Virus record (IMG/VR): IMGVR_UViG_3300045119_000370 | Location: 32,001 to 96,000 of that record | Direction: 5' to 3' (one strand) | Length of the DNA stretch: 64,000 bases | DNA from: a virus | Shown: positions 19,259 through 28,492 of the stretch, one piece after another | How the letters are laid out: every line of letters begins with the position of its first letter | Numbering within the stretch: position 1 is the stretch's first letter | The notes under the pieces: model-generated | The model's database searches: none | Seen by the model: the letters and a program-made list of their open reading frames with translations, nothing else | Told to the model about the DNA's origin: nothing | Translations under genes and position numbers: made by a program

Positions 19259-19917
19259 GCTAACTCCTTGGCGTTGAGCACGTCGATGGTGACCCCGTCG
19301 CGCGGCATTGCCTTGAGCCGGTCGGCGTAGTCGGGGAAGTTCAGGTCAGTGACGTCGATCTCGTCGCCGAAGATGCGATTGGTCAGCTGGCGATAGTAGC
19401 CGCCCATGATCGCGTAGTTCTGGATCGAGATGGTCGGATCGCTGGCCCAACGCAGTGCCGGGTTGACTTTGAAGTCAACCTTGGCGACGCGCGTGATGGC
19501 GCTCACCGGGATGACGCCACGATGACAGGCAGTACCAAGCGCCTTGATCGAGGTAGGCCACTTGCCGGCATAGTCGACCATCTTGACGCGGTAGTAGCGC
19601 GTCCGCTTCTTCATGTCCCAATGCGTGGGCAGGTCGTCGTGGCCGCGCGACAGCTGCTCGATGGCGTCCTCGTCGGGGAGGAGGTCGAAGAAATTCAGAC
19701 GGTCGGTGTCGACCTCGATGATCGCGGCCGCGCCCTTGTCGGGATCGACAGCGTTGCACGCAAAATGCACGGCGTAGCCCTCGGTCAAGTAAACGCACTC
19801 AGCGTTGCTCTCGACCGAGTGCTTCCAGTTCGAGCGGCCCTTCTTGCCACGCGGCCGGATGCCGCTAATCAGAATGCCGGCCAAGGCAGTCTGGCTGGTC
19901 CCATGGTAGAGCTTCAT
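19255..19917 (-). CDS. Putative ADP-ribosyltransferase-fold protein (HGT type)
   Basis: LYHGT...GIRP...VYLT...YA...IIEVD...PDED resembles PARP/Tpt1-like ART motifs. Confidence 0.55.
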   Translation of the reverse strand: MKLYHGTSQTALAGILISGIRPRGKKGRSNWKHSVESNAECVYLTEGYAVHFACNAVDPDKGAAAIIEVDTDRLNFFDLLPDEDAIEQLSRGHDDLPTHWDMKKRTRYYRVKMVDYAGKWPTSIKALGTACHRGVIPVSAITRVAKVDFKVNPALRWASDPTISIQNYAIMGGYYRQLTNRIFGDEIDVTDLNFPDYADRLKAMPRDGVTIDVLNAKELA

Positions 19918-20087
19918 TTTTTACCCCCTTCGATCAGACGCAGGCGTGGTGCCGGCTGGTCAGGTTGTTTGTCAGTGTGCAGTACGAGCTTCACGAGTCT
20001 CACGAACTCGACGACGCCTTCGTGGATGCGGCGGATGACACGTGCCATGCAGTAAACCACCAAGACAGCGAAGACAGTCGAGAGCAT
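19914..20087 (-). CDS. Small protein, 57 aa, hydrophobic N-terminus, ending PRLRLIEGGKK
   Basis: Translated by hand; coupled to both neighbours. Confidence 0.55.
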   Translation of the reverse strand: MLSTVFAVLVVYCMARVIRRIHEGVVEFVRLVKLVLHTDKQPDQPAPRLRLIEGGKK

Positions 20088-20299
20088 TACCTGCGATCCC
20101 TTCTCTTTGCCTTTGCAAGATATAAAAGGCGCTGCACGGAATGCAAGCGTTCAGACGGGAATTTTCTGATCCAACGTCGAAACCCTCGCCACCGTTTGAG
20201 GACGTCCTTGATCAGCGTGATAAGCAGTGCGAGGAGGAAGATTATGACCAGAGTGGTCACCCAGTCTTCACCCCACAGCGATGCGAAAAAGTCGTTCAT
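20087..20299 (-). CDS. Small single-TM protein
   Basis: WVTTLVIIFLLALLITLI followed by a basic tail. Confidence 0.55.
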   Translation of the reverse strand: MNDFFASLWGEDWVTTLVIIFLLALLITLIKDVLKRWRGFRRWIRKFPSERLHSVQRLLYLAKAKRRDRR

Positions 20300-20541
20300 C
20301 AGTGTACTCCACAGGGCGACCAGCGCAGGAGTAGCTGGTGCTCCTCGTCTTTGAACAGGATGCGCCGCCGTTTGCGCACGGCCTTGCGCACGTCAATGGC
20401 ATACTTGCCCGTCAGTGCGGCCTTGATGACCACGTCGCGCAAGCCGTCATGGACAGCGTGCCAGCCGCCGCCGGGCATCTCCAGTTCGAGGATGCCGGCG
20501 TGCAGCAAGACCGTGTACTTGTCAGGCGTTTCGCGATGCAT
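20299..20541 (-). CDS. Hypothetical protein
   Basis: Operonic overlaps. Confidence 0.5.
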   Translation of the reverse strand: MHRETPDKYTVLLHAGILELEMPGGGWHAVHDGLRDVVIKAALTGKYAIDVRKAVRKRRRILFKDEEHQLLLRWSPCGVH

Positions 20542-21112
20542 CGGAGTTGGCCTTTTTCAGTGCGTCGGCGAGCGACTGTGCGTACTGCATGGTGTCGAAT
20601 GCGACCGAGAACACGGTCAGCGGCAAGTTGGGCTTGCCGTCCGGTCGGAATGGCGTCGCCTTCGACTGGGTCCGATAAAACGCGATGGCCTCACTGGCGT
20701 TACCGAAGACCATGGCCTCGTCGAGCTTGTAGGTCCACTCGGCGTAGCCGGTCGGGTAGGGCACGCCGGGCGCATGCGCGTCGGCATCGAACGACTTGAG
20801 AAACTCGTCGGTTTCGTATCGGCGGATCACCATGGTAGGCATGATCGGGTCTCCAAACATTTGGTTCAATACATAGGCGTGGACGTGGTCCGGTTTGTCC
20901 CACTTCACGGGCAGGCCGTTGCGCATGTTAGAGCGGACCCCGCCGACGACGGCATAACTGTTAGGCACATGGTCAATGGTCATGGAGCAGGTCGTCTTGG
21001 CACCTCGTTCGGCCCAGTAAGCTTCGATGCGCTTGGCTAGTTCGATGCTCCCCTTGATCGAGCAATAGTTGGTTACGACCTTATCCTTTGCGTAGTATCG
21101 TTGCTTGGCCAT
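20522..21112 (-). CDS. Hypothetical protein, apparently two fused small phage domains
   Basis: Start MAKQR after AAAGGAAAGGG; domains LAKRIEAYW..RSNMRNGLP and FLKSFDADA..RPDGKPNLPLT. Confidence 0.6.
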   Translation of the reverse strand: MAKQRYYAKDKVVTNYCSIKGSIELAKRIEAYWAERGAKTTCSMTIDHVPNSYAVVGGVRSNMRNGLPVKWDKPDHVHAYVLNQMFGDPIMPTMVIRRYETDEFLKSFDADAHAPGVPYPTGYAEWTYKLDEAMVFGNASEAIAFYRTQSKATPFRPDGKPNLPLTVFSVAFDTMQYAQSLADALKKANSDASRNA

Positions 21113-21139
21113 AACCCTTTCCTTTGCGTCGTCGATACT

Positions 21140-21170
21140 GACATATGCACTGACTGGGACTTTACAAGAT
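21140..21170 (-). promoter_or_regulatory. Early sigma70-like promoter (CTTGTAAAG family)
   Basis: Minus strand ATCTTGTAAAGTCCCAGTCAGTGCATATGTC, similar to 23345-23388. Confidence 0.55.
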
Positions 21171-21521
21171 GTCAAATAGTTCGCGGTCGCCACGCACGAT
21201 GACGATAGGCCCGACCAGCCCTACGATCACATCCAGTGTAGTGAGCGTGTCGCTAGGCTCGCGGCCGCCGCCACGGATGCCGGCGTGCCACAACGCCGTG
21301 GCCCGTGTGTTGGGCACCAGACCCTTGCCGCGACCGTCCTCGTCGCAGAAGACGACACACTTCTCGCCCTCGTACTTGGAGAAGAGCGGCACCAGTTCGA
21401 GGTAGCCATCGTTGAGGCCGGTCTTGAGCTTCTGATAGAGCGAGTTCTCGGTCGTCGTCTGGTCCAGTGTCTCGCTGGTCACGGTGCCGTCCGGTTGGAT
21501 GATAGTCAGTGTTCCCTTCAT
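21162..21521 (-). CDS. DUF3846-like protein
   Basis: GYLELVP...FCDEDG..KGL.PNTRAT..W...LVGPIVIV. Confidence 0.7.
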   Translation of the reverse strand: MKGTLTIIQPDGTVTSETLDQTTTENSLYQKLKTGLNDGYLELVPLFSKYEGEKCVVFCDEDGRGKGLVPNTRATALWHAGIRGGGREPSDTLTTLDVIVGLVGPIVIVRGDRELFDIL

Positions 21522-22591
21522 GGTCCCTGCTCCCTTGCTGCCGGCTCGCCGGTCGTAACGCTGTAGTCGTGATCGATCTCACCGCGTGTGAGGTCACCAC
21601 GCTTGTGATCCTTGACCCACCACCGCATGCGGCCGCACCGCTTGCACGTCCAGTGCAGATCGTCGTCTGGCATCAACGGCCAGTCGTGTGAGCAGCCGGC
21701 GTTACCATGCTTGTGTGCGAAGAACCCGCGTACCTTGTGCCGGCGCGGCGACAGGCGCTCGCCCGACAGGACAAAGGCCCGCCGGATCGAGCGATGCTTG
21801 TGCAGGTCGATCTCCACCGTGTGATGGCTCTTGTAAGCAACGTTCTTGCCCCGGAAGAATCGCCGGCCCGCCGGCTGATTCGAGATGATGGTATGCGCCG
21901 GCCGGTTTAGCCAGAGCAGCGCTGCCCAGACATTGCGGACGTCGCCGGCCGAGTTCATCAGCATGTTAGCGATGTTCTCACGGCTCTTTTGCGTGGTGCC
22001 GCCACCGACCGCGATGTGGCTCACGTAGTCGGTGAACATATGTGCCTGACACTGGTCGAGCAGCATCTGCCGCTCGTCCTCGTCGACGATCTTCATCTGC
22101 GACGAGCCATAGGCGAGGGCGAGCTTGCTCCACTCGTGATCGAGCGCAACGACGATGCCGCGCGTCTTGTGATCGGGCACGACCTTCTCGCCGGGCAAGG
22201 TCCACTTGTAATAGTGCGGCAGTAGCGACGAGGACTCGGTGTCGTTCAGTCCTTTGCCGCGCGCCATGACGTAGATGCGCTGGCCGGACAAGAGGTAGCC
22301 GACGGCGACGTCGCTGCCGGGCTTGAAGCCCAAGACTGGGAACTGGTCAAAGAACCCCTTGTTGAACTCCAAGTACATGGTGTCAAACGGCGGGATCGCG
22401 AACTGGCGATGATGCAGGACGAGGTCGCCACACTCTAAAGCGAACTGACCGATGAGCTTGCTCGCCGAGTCCGAGAAGACGAAGCGCTCGGCGCGCCGAG
22501 CCGTAGCGAGGAGTTCCTCGCGTACTGCGCGGCTCATCCACTTGATGGGCTGTCCGGCGACCTCGTCGATGACGAGTGGCTGAGTGGTCAT
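21518..22591 (-). CDS. Conserved phage protein with C-terminal PRxHxVRG motif and Zn-binding residues
   Basis: PPFDTMYLEF...SPRRHKVRGFF...CSH...CKRC...WVKDHKRGD. Confidence 0.65.
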   Translation of the reverse strand: MTTQPLVIDEVAGQPIKWMSRAVREELLATARRAERFVFSDSASKLIGQFALECGDLVLHHRQFAIPPFDTMYLEFNKGFFDQFPVLGFKPGSDVAVGYLLSGQRIYVMARGKGLNDTESSSLLPHYYKWTLPGEKVVPDHKTRGIVVALDHEWSKLALAYGSSQMKIVDEDERQMLLDQCQAHMFTDYVSHIAVGGGTTQKSRENIANMLMNSAGDVRNVWAALLWLNRPAHTIISNQPAGRRFFRGKNVAYKSHHTVEIDLHKHRSIRRAFVLSGERLSPRRHKVRGFFAHKHGNAGCSHDWPLMPDDDLHWTCKRCGRMRWWVKDHKRGDLTRGEIDHDYSVTTGEPAAREQGP

Positions 22592-22593
22592 GG

Positions 22594-22767
22594 TCAAACG
22601 TCCTCGTCGTGGCCATTGCGCTCGATCCACTCCTCGACCTCGCGCCGGGTTCCGTAGAACACTCGACGCTTGTCGCGGATGCGGACGGCGGCGTAGTCGG
22701 TCATGTAACCATCGGCCTTGAGGTGGCCGACGCCGACGCGGTAGAGCTTGGGAGTCTCGGTGGTCAT
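22594..22767 (-). CDS. Small early protein, 57 aa
   Basis: GAAGGGA then ATG ACC; MTTETPKLYRVGVG...; not in the ORF track. Confidence 0.65.
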   Translation of the reverse strand: MTTETPKLYRVGVGHLKADGYMTDYAAVRIRDKRRVFYGTRREVEEWIERNGHDEDV

Positions 22768-22790
22768 GGTCAGTCCCTTCCTTTACATCA

Positions 22791-22834
22791 TACATAGAGA
22801 GGGTGCGCCGCCGACGCAATCCCGGCGGCGCACT
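22791..22834 (-). promoter_or_regulatory. Promoter nested in a terminator-like hairpin
   Basis: TTGCGT-N17-TATGTA; the -35 lies in the loop of the GTGCGCCGCCG/CGGCGGCGCAC stem. Confidence 0.6.
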
Positions 22835-22837
22835 TAT

Positions 22838-23173
22838 TTACGCTTTCACCTTCTCCTTCGCCTTCTTCCCGGGGAAGACAGTCTCGATCAGATCGAGGCG
22901 CTCGATCTGGGTGAACTTGGCGTCTTCGGCCTTGTTGCCGTTGTCGCCTCTGACACCGTCACCACTCCAGACCACCCGGTCGTGACCAGTGACATCATAG
23001 ACATTGACCATGATGTCGTGGCCGGCGAGCTTGAACGTGGTCTTCCAGTCGAGGTAGGCGAGCTTGACGCAACGGTTGATCACGTCGAGCTTGTTCGGGC
23101 CTCGCGTCCAGCTGCCACAGCCAAGGCTGTTCAGCTGGATCAGTGCGAGGTAGTCGCGTTTGGTTTCGGTCAT
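22838..23173 (-). CDS. Hypothetical early protein
   Basis: GAAGGGA motif before ATG ACC. Confidence 0.65.
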   Translation of the reverse strand: MTETKRDYLALIQLNSLGCGSWTRGPNKLDVINRCVKLAYLDWKTTFKLAGHDIMVNVYDVTGHDRVVWSGDGVRGDNGNKAEDAKFTQIERLDLIETVFPGKKAKEKVKA

Positions 23174-23310
23174 TAGTTTCCCTTCTCTAGCTTCTCCAAC
23201 TCGGCGAGGAGTTGGGCACGACGCTCTTCCCACTCTCGGCCCTCTTGGCTTGGGCGGGCAAGCTCATCATTGATATCCGACCGACGTCGGTCTCTCTGCT
23301 CTCTGGTCAT
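23173..23310 (-). CDS. Small early protein, 45 aa
   Basis: MTREQRDRRRSDINDELARPSQEGREWEERRAQLLAELEKLEKGN; first gene after the leftward promoter. Confidence 0.55.
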   Translation of the reverse strand: MTREQRDRRRSDINDELARPSQEGREWEERRAQLLAELEKLEKGN

Positions 23311-23344
23311 GGTACCCTTCTCTCGTTCGGAGGATCACTGCCTC

Positions 23345-23452
23345 CATACTACATATATGTACTGACCTCCCACTTTACAAGAGCTAAAGTTGGCGATCAC
23401 GTTTTTGTTTTAGCTCTTGTAAAGTGGACAGGGCGTACTTATATGTAGTATG
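23345..23452. promoter_or_regulatory. Mirror-image divergent promoter pair (44-bp inverted repeat)
   Basis: Arms 23345-23388 and 23409-23452 match at 37/44 positions; each is TTGTAA-N17-TATATG. Confidence 0.85.
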
Positions 23453-23742
23453 AAGGAAGGGAACCCGGCGAGGCCGGGGAGTGACAGGAGACCAGATGGC
23501 TATGACCAAGGGCAAGCGCAAGACCCGCCGTCGCTCAGTGCGTCGCACTCGGCACGCACTCAATGCGGCGGTCGACTTTCTGACTCACGTGAGCGTGCGC
23601 AAGCTGACCAAGCGCAGCGACACTCACCCCGTCCGCAGCATGGTTCGCGAACGGTTTTAGCTGATGTAAAGAAAACACTTGAAATCACGAAAGGCAGTGT
23701 TTAGCTATGGTAAAGCGAATGACACTTGAAGGGACCAAGACC

Positions 23743-25320
23743 ATGACCAAGAGTGAAAAGGAAGGGGCCGATGTGACCGCGCTGCTCAAGGCGCGGAACA
23801 GCCTCCTGTGGGTAGTGACCCGCGAGGAAGGCCGGTCTGAGCGCTACCTGTTCGAGGCGGCCGCCGATGCCAAATATGTCCCTCGCACTTGGGACGCCGG
23901 CCAAGGCGTTGCCAGCATCAACGGGCAGGTCGACGAGACCATCGGTGGCCCGTTCGTCGACGACATTCTCGCGGCCATCCGCGAGCGTGCGGAAAAGGGG
24001 AATGAACGCGGTGTGTGGATTCTCCGCGATCTGCCCGTGTGGCTGGGCGGCCCGCTCGGCGCGACGGTTCTCCGCAAGGTGCGGAACCTCGCCCGGCTTC
24101 TGCCGACCGTGCCCCGCGAGCGTGCGCAGGCGATCATTGTAGTGACGACCAGCGGTGAAGTGCCGCCCGATCTACAGGGTCACGCTACCGTCATCGAGTG
24201 GCCGCTGCCCGACCGGGCAGAAATCGCGGCCGCGCTCGACGACGCCATTGCCAGCCTGCCCGACAATATCCGGGCTGGCGCGGCCCCGAACGGCTCTAGG
24301 GACGCGGCAATCGACGCGGCCGTGGGGTTGACGGGCGAGGAAGCTGCGGGCTGCTACGCTCGCTCTCTGGTGCAGCTGAAGCGCATCGACCCGGTCATCG
24401 TGGCCGGCGAGAAGAAGCGGATTGTTGCACGCGAGGGTGTCCTCGAATGGTTCGACCCGCTGCCCGATGGTTTGGCTTCGGTCGGCGGCCTTGAGAACCT
24501 CAAGGCATGGCTGGTTTCGCGCAAGGCGGCCTACTCCCCGGCGGCACGTGCCTACGGTCTGCCGGCACCGCGTGGCGCGATCTTCGTCGGCATCTCTGGC
24601 TGCGGCAAGTCTCTGATGGCCAAAGCCACTGCCACTGCTTGGAGCGTCCCGCTCTTGCGGCTCGATCTCGGCGCACTGAAGAACAAGTACGTCGGCGGAA
24701 GCGAGGCGTTGATCCGCAAGGCACTGAAAGTCGTCGAGGCGATTGGCAGATGCGTCCTGTGGATCGACGAGGTCGAGAAAGCACTGCAAGGCTCGACCTC
24801 TGGCGCGTCCGATGGTGGCACGTCTGCTGACCAGCTGGGCACGCTGCTCAACTGGATGCAAGAGAGGTCCGGGGAGGCGTTCATCATCGCCACCTCGAAC
24901 GACATCACTGCCCTGCCGCCTGAGTTCTTGCGGAAGGGAAGGTTCGACGAAATCTGGTGGGTCGATACGCCTACCGAGATCGAGCGGACTGAAGTTTGCA
25001 AGGCTGCACTGCGTCAGTACGGACGCACTGTGGACGGCATCGACCTCGCCAAGGTGGCGACTGAGACTGCCGGCTTCACGGGTGCTGAGATCGCCGCACT
25101 GATACCGGACAGCTTGTATGTCGCCTTCGCCGATGGCGAGCGCGAGCTTCGGACGGCGGACCTCGTGGCAGCTGCCAAGCAGGTGGTGCCGTTGACCAAG
25201 ACTGCCGAGGCTGTCATCGCCAAGCAGCGCGAGTGGGCCAAAGGCAAGGCGCGGCCGGCATCGGCGGCACCGGTTGCGGTCACTGAAAAGGGTGTTCAGC
25301 GGCGCACGCTGGACCTCTGA
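23743..25320 (+). CDS. Ycf46-type AAA+ ATPase
   Basis: Degenerate N-terminal AAA domain, EKKRIV, VGGLENLKAWL, Walker A GISGCGKS, Walker B LWIDE, TSN..LPPEFLRKGRFDE. Confidence 0.9.
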   Translation: MTKSEKEGADVTALLKARNSLLWVVTREEGRSERYLFEAAADAKYVPRTWDAGQGVASINGQVDETIGGPFVDDILAAIRERAEKGNERGVWILRDLPVWLGGPLGATVLRKVRNLARLLPTVPRERAQAIIVVTTSGEVPPDLQGHATVIEWPLPDRAEIAAALDDAIASLPDNIRAGAAPNGSRDAAIDAAVGLTGEEAAGCYARSLVQLKRIDPVIVAGEKKRIVAREGVLEWFDPLPDGLASVGGLENLKAWLVSRKAAYSPAARAYGLPAPRGAIFVGISGCGKSLMAKATATAWSVPLLRLDLGALKNKYVGGSEALIRKALKVVEAIGRCVLWIDEVEKALQGSTSGASDGGTSADQLGTLLNWMQERSGEAFIIATSNDITALPPEFLRKGRFDEIWWVDTPTEIERTEVCKAALRQYGRTVDGIDLAKVATETAGFTGAEIAALIPDSLYVAFADGERELRTADLVAAAKQVVPLTKTAEAVIAKQREWAKGKARPASAAPVAVTEKGVQRRTLDL

Positions 25321-25328
25321 TAAAAGCA

Positions 25329-25368
25329 AGGGGTGGCCCTTGAAATGCGAAGGGCCACCCTTTATATC
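25329..25368 (+). promoter_or_regulatory. Terminator hairpin with embedded promoter
   Basis: GGGTGGCCCT/AGGGCCACCC + TTT overlapping TTGAAA-N17-TATATC. Confidence 0.7.
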
Positions 25369-25402
25369 AGGTAAAGCAAGACGCTAACGAAGGGAAACTA
25401 AA

Positions 25403-26146
25403 ATGACCACGATCTCCACCATACGCCCGGGCCTTTTGGTCAGCCTGAAGACCAGCTTGAAGGGCAACGTTCATTACGACCGCTACGACCTCGAACGCGA
25501 CACCATCACCGCCGAGGGCGAGTCGAAGGCGCGCTGGGAGACCCTGCGCACCATCGCGGACCCGGCCGAGTACGAGGCGATGACCAAGGTCCGCAACAAG
25601 GGTGCCGGCATGATCCGGGGCGCGTGCACCAAGTCGGCGTTCGGGCTGCTCTGCCCGGAGGCGAACATCGACAACCTCAACCGCGCCATAGCTGACGCGA
25701 ATCGGCTGGTCGATGGAGCCAACCGGACGGCTAAGCTGACCCGCGTCGACGTGTACACTATCGTCGGCCGGATCGAGCCTAACGACGTCGAAGCAGTGCG
25801 GGCGATCAAGGGCGAAATCTCCGACCTGATCTCCACGATCAGCGATGGCGTCAAGAACCTCGACGTCAAGGCTATCCGGGCAGCTGCCGCCAAGGCTCGC
25901 AGTGTCGCCCAGATGCTCCCGGACGACGCCAAGGAGCGGGTCAAGGAAGCCATCGCTACCGGTCGCAAGGTCGCTACGGCGATCAAGAAGGCCGGCGAGG
26001 ACGCGGCGGTCGAGATCGACAAGGAAGCACTCCGCACTTTGGCTTCGGCCCGGACTGCCTTCCTCGACTTCGACGACGAGGACGAGGTCGTCGAGGCCCG
26101 GCCGACCAAGGTCGGTGGCGGCGTCCCCCGGATGCTCGACCTCTGA
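25403..26146 (+). CDS. AAA-associated helical protein
   Basis: GAAGGGA then ATG ACC; 247 aa; ends PRMLDL like the AAA ATPase (RTLDL). Confidence 0.75.
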   Translation: MTTISTIRPGLLVSLKTSLKGNVHYDRYDLERDTITAEGESKARWETLRTIADPAEYEAMTKVRNKGAGMIRGACTKSAFGLLCPEANIDNLNRAIADANRLVDGANRTAKLTRVDVYTIVGRIEPNDVEAVRAIKGEISDLISTISDGVKNLDVKAIRAAAAKARSVAQMLPDDAKERVKEAIATGRKVATAIKKAGEDAAVEIDKEALRTLASARTAFLDFDDEDEVVEARPTKVGGGVPRMLDL

Positions 26147-26205
26147 GGCACAAGCGGGGCGGCTACGGCCGCCCCAGCTACCCTCCAGCCCAAAGGATCA
26201 CTACA

Positions 26206-26547
26206 ATGCCTTGCGACACGATCAGAAAGACGAACCAGACCATCAGCCAGCGCGCCACCGAGGTGCGCAAGGCGGTCGACACGATTGGCAAGGGCGTGGC
26301 CACTGGCCGCATCAAGGTCAAGATTGGCCCGCAGGGTGCCATCGTTTTCGACGGTATCCTCGCCAACGAACGCGACGGCGTTACCGACGCCTGCGTCTAC
26401 CGGAGACTCCTCGCCAGCGGTGCAGCGTCGGCCCTTGCCAAGATCGCCGAGGCGGAACGTCTCGCCGGCCGGCAAGTTGATAGACGAGTCGTCGGCCATG
26501 GTGTTCACAGCCACGACGGTGGAGTAACGTGGCATGGCAAAGGATAG
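26206..26547 (+). CDS. AAA-associated small protein, His-rich C-terminus
   Basis: SD AAAGGA; IKVKIGPQGAIVFDG...DAC...HGVHSHDGGVTWH. Confidence 0.7.
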   Translation: MPCDTIRKTNQTISQRATEVRKAVDTIGKGVATGRIKVKIGPQGAIVFDGILANERDGVTDACVYRRLLASGAASALAKIAEAERLAGRQVDRRVVGHGVHSHDGGVTWHGKG

Positions 26548-26602
26548 CGGGCGATAAATCCCTTCTCGCCCGTTGCGGCGGTTCTCCCCGAACCGTAGCA
26601 GG

Positions 26603-26670
26603 GGCCGGCGTGAGATTGGTCTCCCACGCCGGCCTTTACATCTTGTAAAGTACGTCAAAATACTTACATC
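26603..26670 (+). promoter_or_regulatory. Terminator followed by a CTTGTAAAG-family promoter
   Basis: GGCCGGCGTG/CACGCCGGCC + TTT, then TTGTAA-N16-TACATC. Confidence 0.65.
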
Positions 26671-26708
26671 TGGAATGGCCGGATGACCCGGTCGAAGGGA
26701 TGAGACCG

Positions 26709-26939
26709 ATGACCAAAGCTGTCAAAACTTGGGAAGCCGTCCAGCTGGAGCGCGCCGTCCTCGCGGCCAAGACCCGTTGGGGCCATGGCTGGCGTCTGCT
26801 CGGTGCCGATATCCGCGAGGCACTGGTCCGCGCCGAGGTGCTCGTCATACTGGCGCAGGCCGCGACCGCTGTAGCCGAAACTCCGCAGGGTAAGCTCGCC
26901 GAGCTTGCCATGCACTGGCCGGAAGGAGACGCGAAATGA
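26709..26939 (+). CDS. Hypothetical early protein
   Basis: GAAGGGA then ATG ACC. Confidence 0.65.
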   Translation: MTKAVKTWEAVQLERAVLAAKTRWGHGWRLLGADIREALVRAEVLVILAQAATAVAETPQGKLAELAMHWPEGDAK

Positions 26940-27169
26940 CCAAGGCCGATCTCGCTGCCTTCCGGTTCGCTGGACGTGGTCGCTGGGTGCACGATGACAA
27001 GAAGCTGCTCATCGACCTCGACGACGACTATGGCCGGACCTTCCGCGCCTACACGTCGGCATACGCTTCGCAGGATACACTGATGCGTAACAAGGCTGGT
27101 AACGTCATGCGCTTCCGGTCTGCCGAGGCCGCCGCCCGCTACCTCCTGAAATGGAAGGTGACACCATGA
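26936..27169 (+). CDS. Hypothetical protein
   Basis: ATGA coupling. Confidence 0.6.
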   Translation: MTKADLAAFRFAGRGRWVHDDKKLLIDLDDDYGRTFRAYTSAYASQDTLMRNKAGNVMRFRSAEAAARYLLKWKVTP

Positions 27170-27795
27170 GCACTTGGGACGAGGCCCGCTGGCTGGCCGA
27201 CCACGATATCGTACAGGAGGCGACGCTCGAACTACGTGCTCGCGTCTATGCCACGGCCGCCCACGCTGCCGTCGGCCAGCTGCGCAAGTACACGGGCGAG
27301 CCGTACATCAAACACCCGGAGGCGGTCGCCGAGCTTGTCCGCGCCGTGCCACACACTGAGGAGATGCTCGCCGCCGCATGGCTGCACGACGTGGTCGAGG
27401 ATACCAAGGTGACTGATGCCGACCTCCGTGAGGAGTTCGGTCCCGAGGTTGCTGAGCTTGTTCGCTGGTTGACCGACGTGTCCGCGCCACAGGATGGGAA
27501 TCGCGTCGCTCGCAAGCGGATGGACCTCATCCATCTGGCAGACGCGCCGGCCGGCGCGCAGACGGTCAAGGTGGCCGATCTGATCGACAACGCCTCGACC
27601 ATCGTCGAGTTCGATCCGCACTTCGCGCGGGTCTTCCTCGCCGAGAAGGCAGCGTTGCTCACCGTACTGACCAAGGCCGACGCCACCCTGCTCGCGCAAG
27701 CGCACAGGGTGGTCGCGGCCGGCATCGATAGGCTGAACGAGAAGCTCGGCGAGGACTTTCTGCAAGTTTTGAGAGGGTACGATGACACAGTTTAG
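27166..27795 (+). CDS. HD-domain protein, RelA/SpoT-like small alarmone hydrolase (Mesh1-like)
   Basis: AH...[16 protein letters not shown]...[11 protein letters not shown]...LTD...VKVADLIDN. Confidence 0.85.
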   Translation: MSTWDEARWLADHDIVQEATLELRARVYATAAHAAVGQLRKYTGEPYIKHPEAVAELVRAVPHTEEMLAAAWLHDVVEDTKVTDADLREEFGPEVAELVRWLTDVSAPQDGNRVARKRMDLIHLADAPAGAQTVKVADLIDNASTIVEFDPHFARVFLAEKAALLTVLTKADATLLAQAHRVVAAGIDRLNEKLGEDFLQVLRGYDDTV

Positions 27796-28009
27796 CAAGC
27801 TGACGCTCGACGCCGACGGCAAGCCGGTCGAGAGCCACATCCGCGTCATCAAGCAGAGTGACCTGATGAAGTGTCCGCACGTGATCCTGATGGAAGCCCA
27901 CTACCGCGAGGATGGCAGCTGTCGCTGCGACGACGTCAACCATCGCATCATGCATGACTGGGGCTATCGCTGGCGCGATGGCCGATGGAGATCAGGAGAT
28001 GAAGGGTAA
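27782..28009 (+). CDS. Small Cys/His protein
   Basis: CPH...[12 protein letters not shown]. Confidence 0.6.
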   Translation: MTQFSKLTLDADGKPVESHIRVIKQSDLMKCPHVILMEAHYREDGSCRCDDVNHRIMHDWGYRWRDGRWRSGDEG

Positions 28010-28133
28010 GTACACGAAGCGTCACCGCCGCACGGCCCGACAGGTCATGCGGTACGGCAAGAACGCCAAGCGCAAGCACCGCCGCAAGGCGGGCCGCACC
28101 GGTATGGTGTTCAAGAAGCAGACTAAGGCATGA
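27999..28133 (+). CDS. Very basic small protein, 44 aa
   Basis: [15 protein letters not shown]...; coupled to the upstream gene. Confidence 0.45.
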   Translation: MKGKYTKRHRRTARQVMRYGKNAKRKHRRKAGRTGMVFKKQTKA

Positions 28134-28145
28134 AAGGAGATCACC

Positions 28146-28490
28146 GTGTGGATTTGTTTCAACGATGCGTTCGTCTCGGCGGTTGCCGATCCGACCATGC
28201 CGGGCATGCTCAAGGTGCGCGCGCGCAAACGTGAACACCTTGAGAAGCTCTTCCCGGGCGTCAAGATTCAAGGCTCAGCCCGCACCGACTACGGTTGGCG
28301 GGTGATCGTCCCCAAGCGGGAGTTCATCACGCTCGTGACTGAGCGCATCCGTGGTATCGAGTACGACAACTTCAAGGACAGTGTGCTTGACGAGCGGCTG
28401 CACGAACTGTACGCCGATTTTTGGACGCTGCACTGGGAGTACCAGCACGGATGGCGAAAACCAAAGGAAGTGACCGTCAGCTATGGCTGA
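28146..28490 (+). CDS. Conserved phage hypothetical protein
   Basis: MWICFNDAFVSAV...VRAR...DY...IEYDNFKDSV; SD AAAGGAG. Confidence 0.7.
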   Translation: MWICFNDAFVSAVADPTMPGMLKVRARKREHLEKLFPGVKIQGSARTDYGWRVIVPKREFITLVTERIRGIEYDNFKDSVLDERLHELYADFWTLHWEYQHGWRKPKEVTVSYG

Positions 28491-28492
28491 GA

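Noticed and set aside
23450-23704. 84-aa ORF right after the central promoter
   Set aside because: Start lies within a few nt of the -10 box; a shorter basic ORF in another frame (~23497-23660) is equally plausible; neither is supportable
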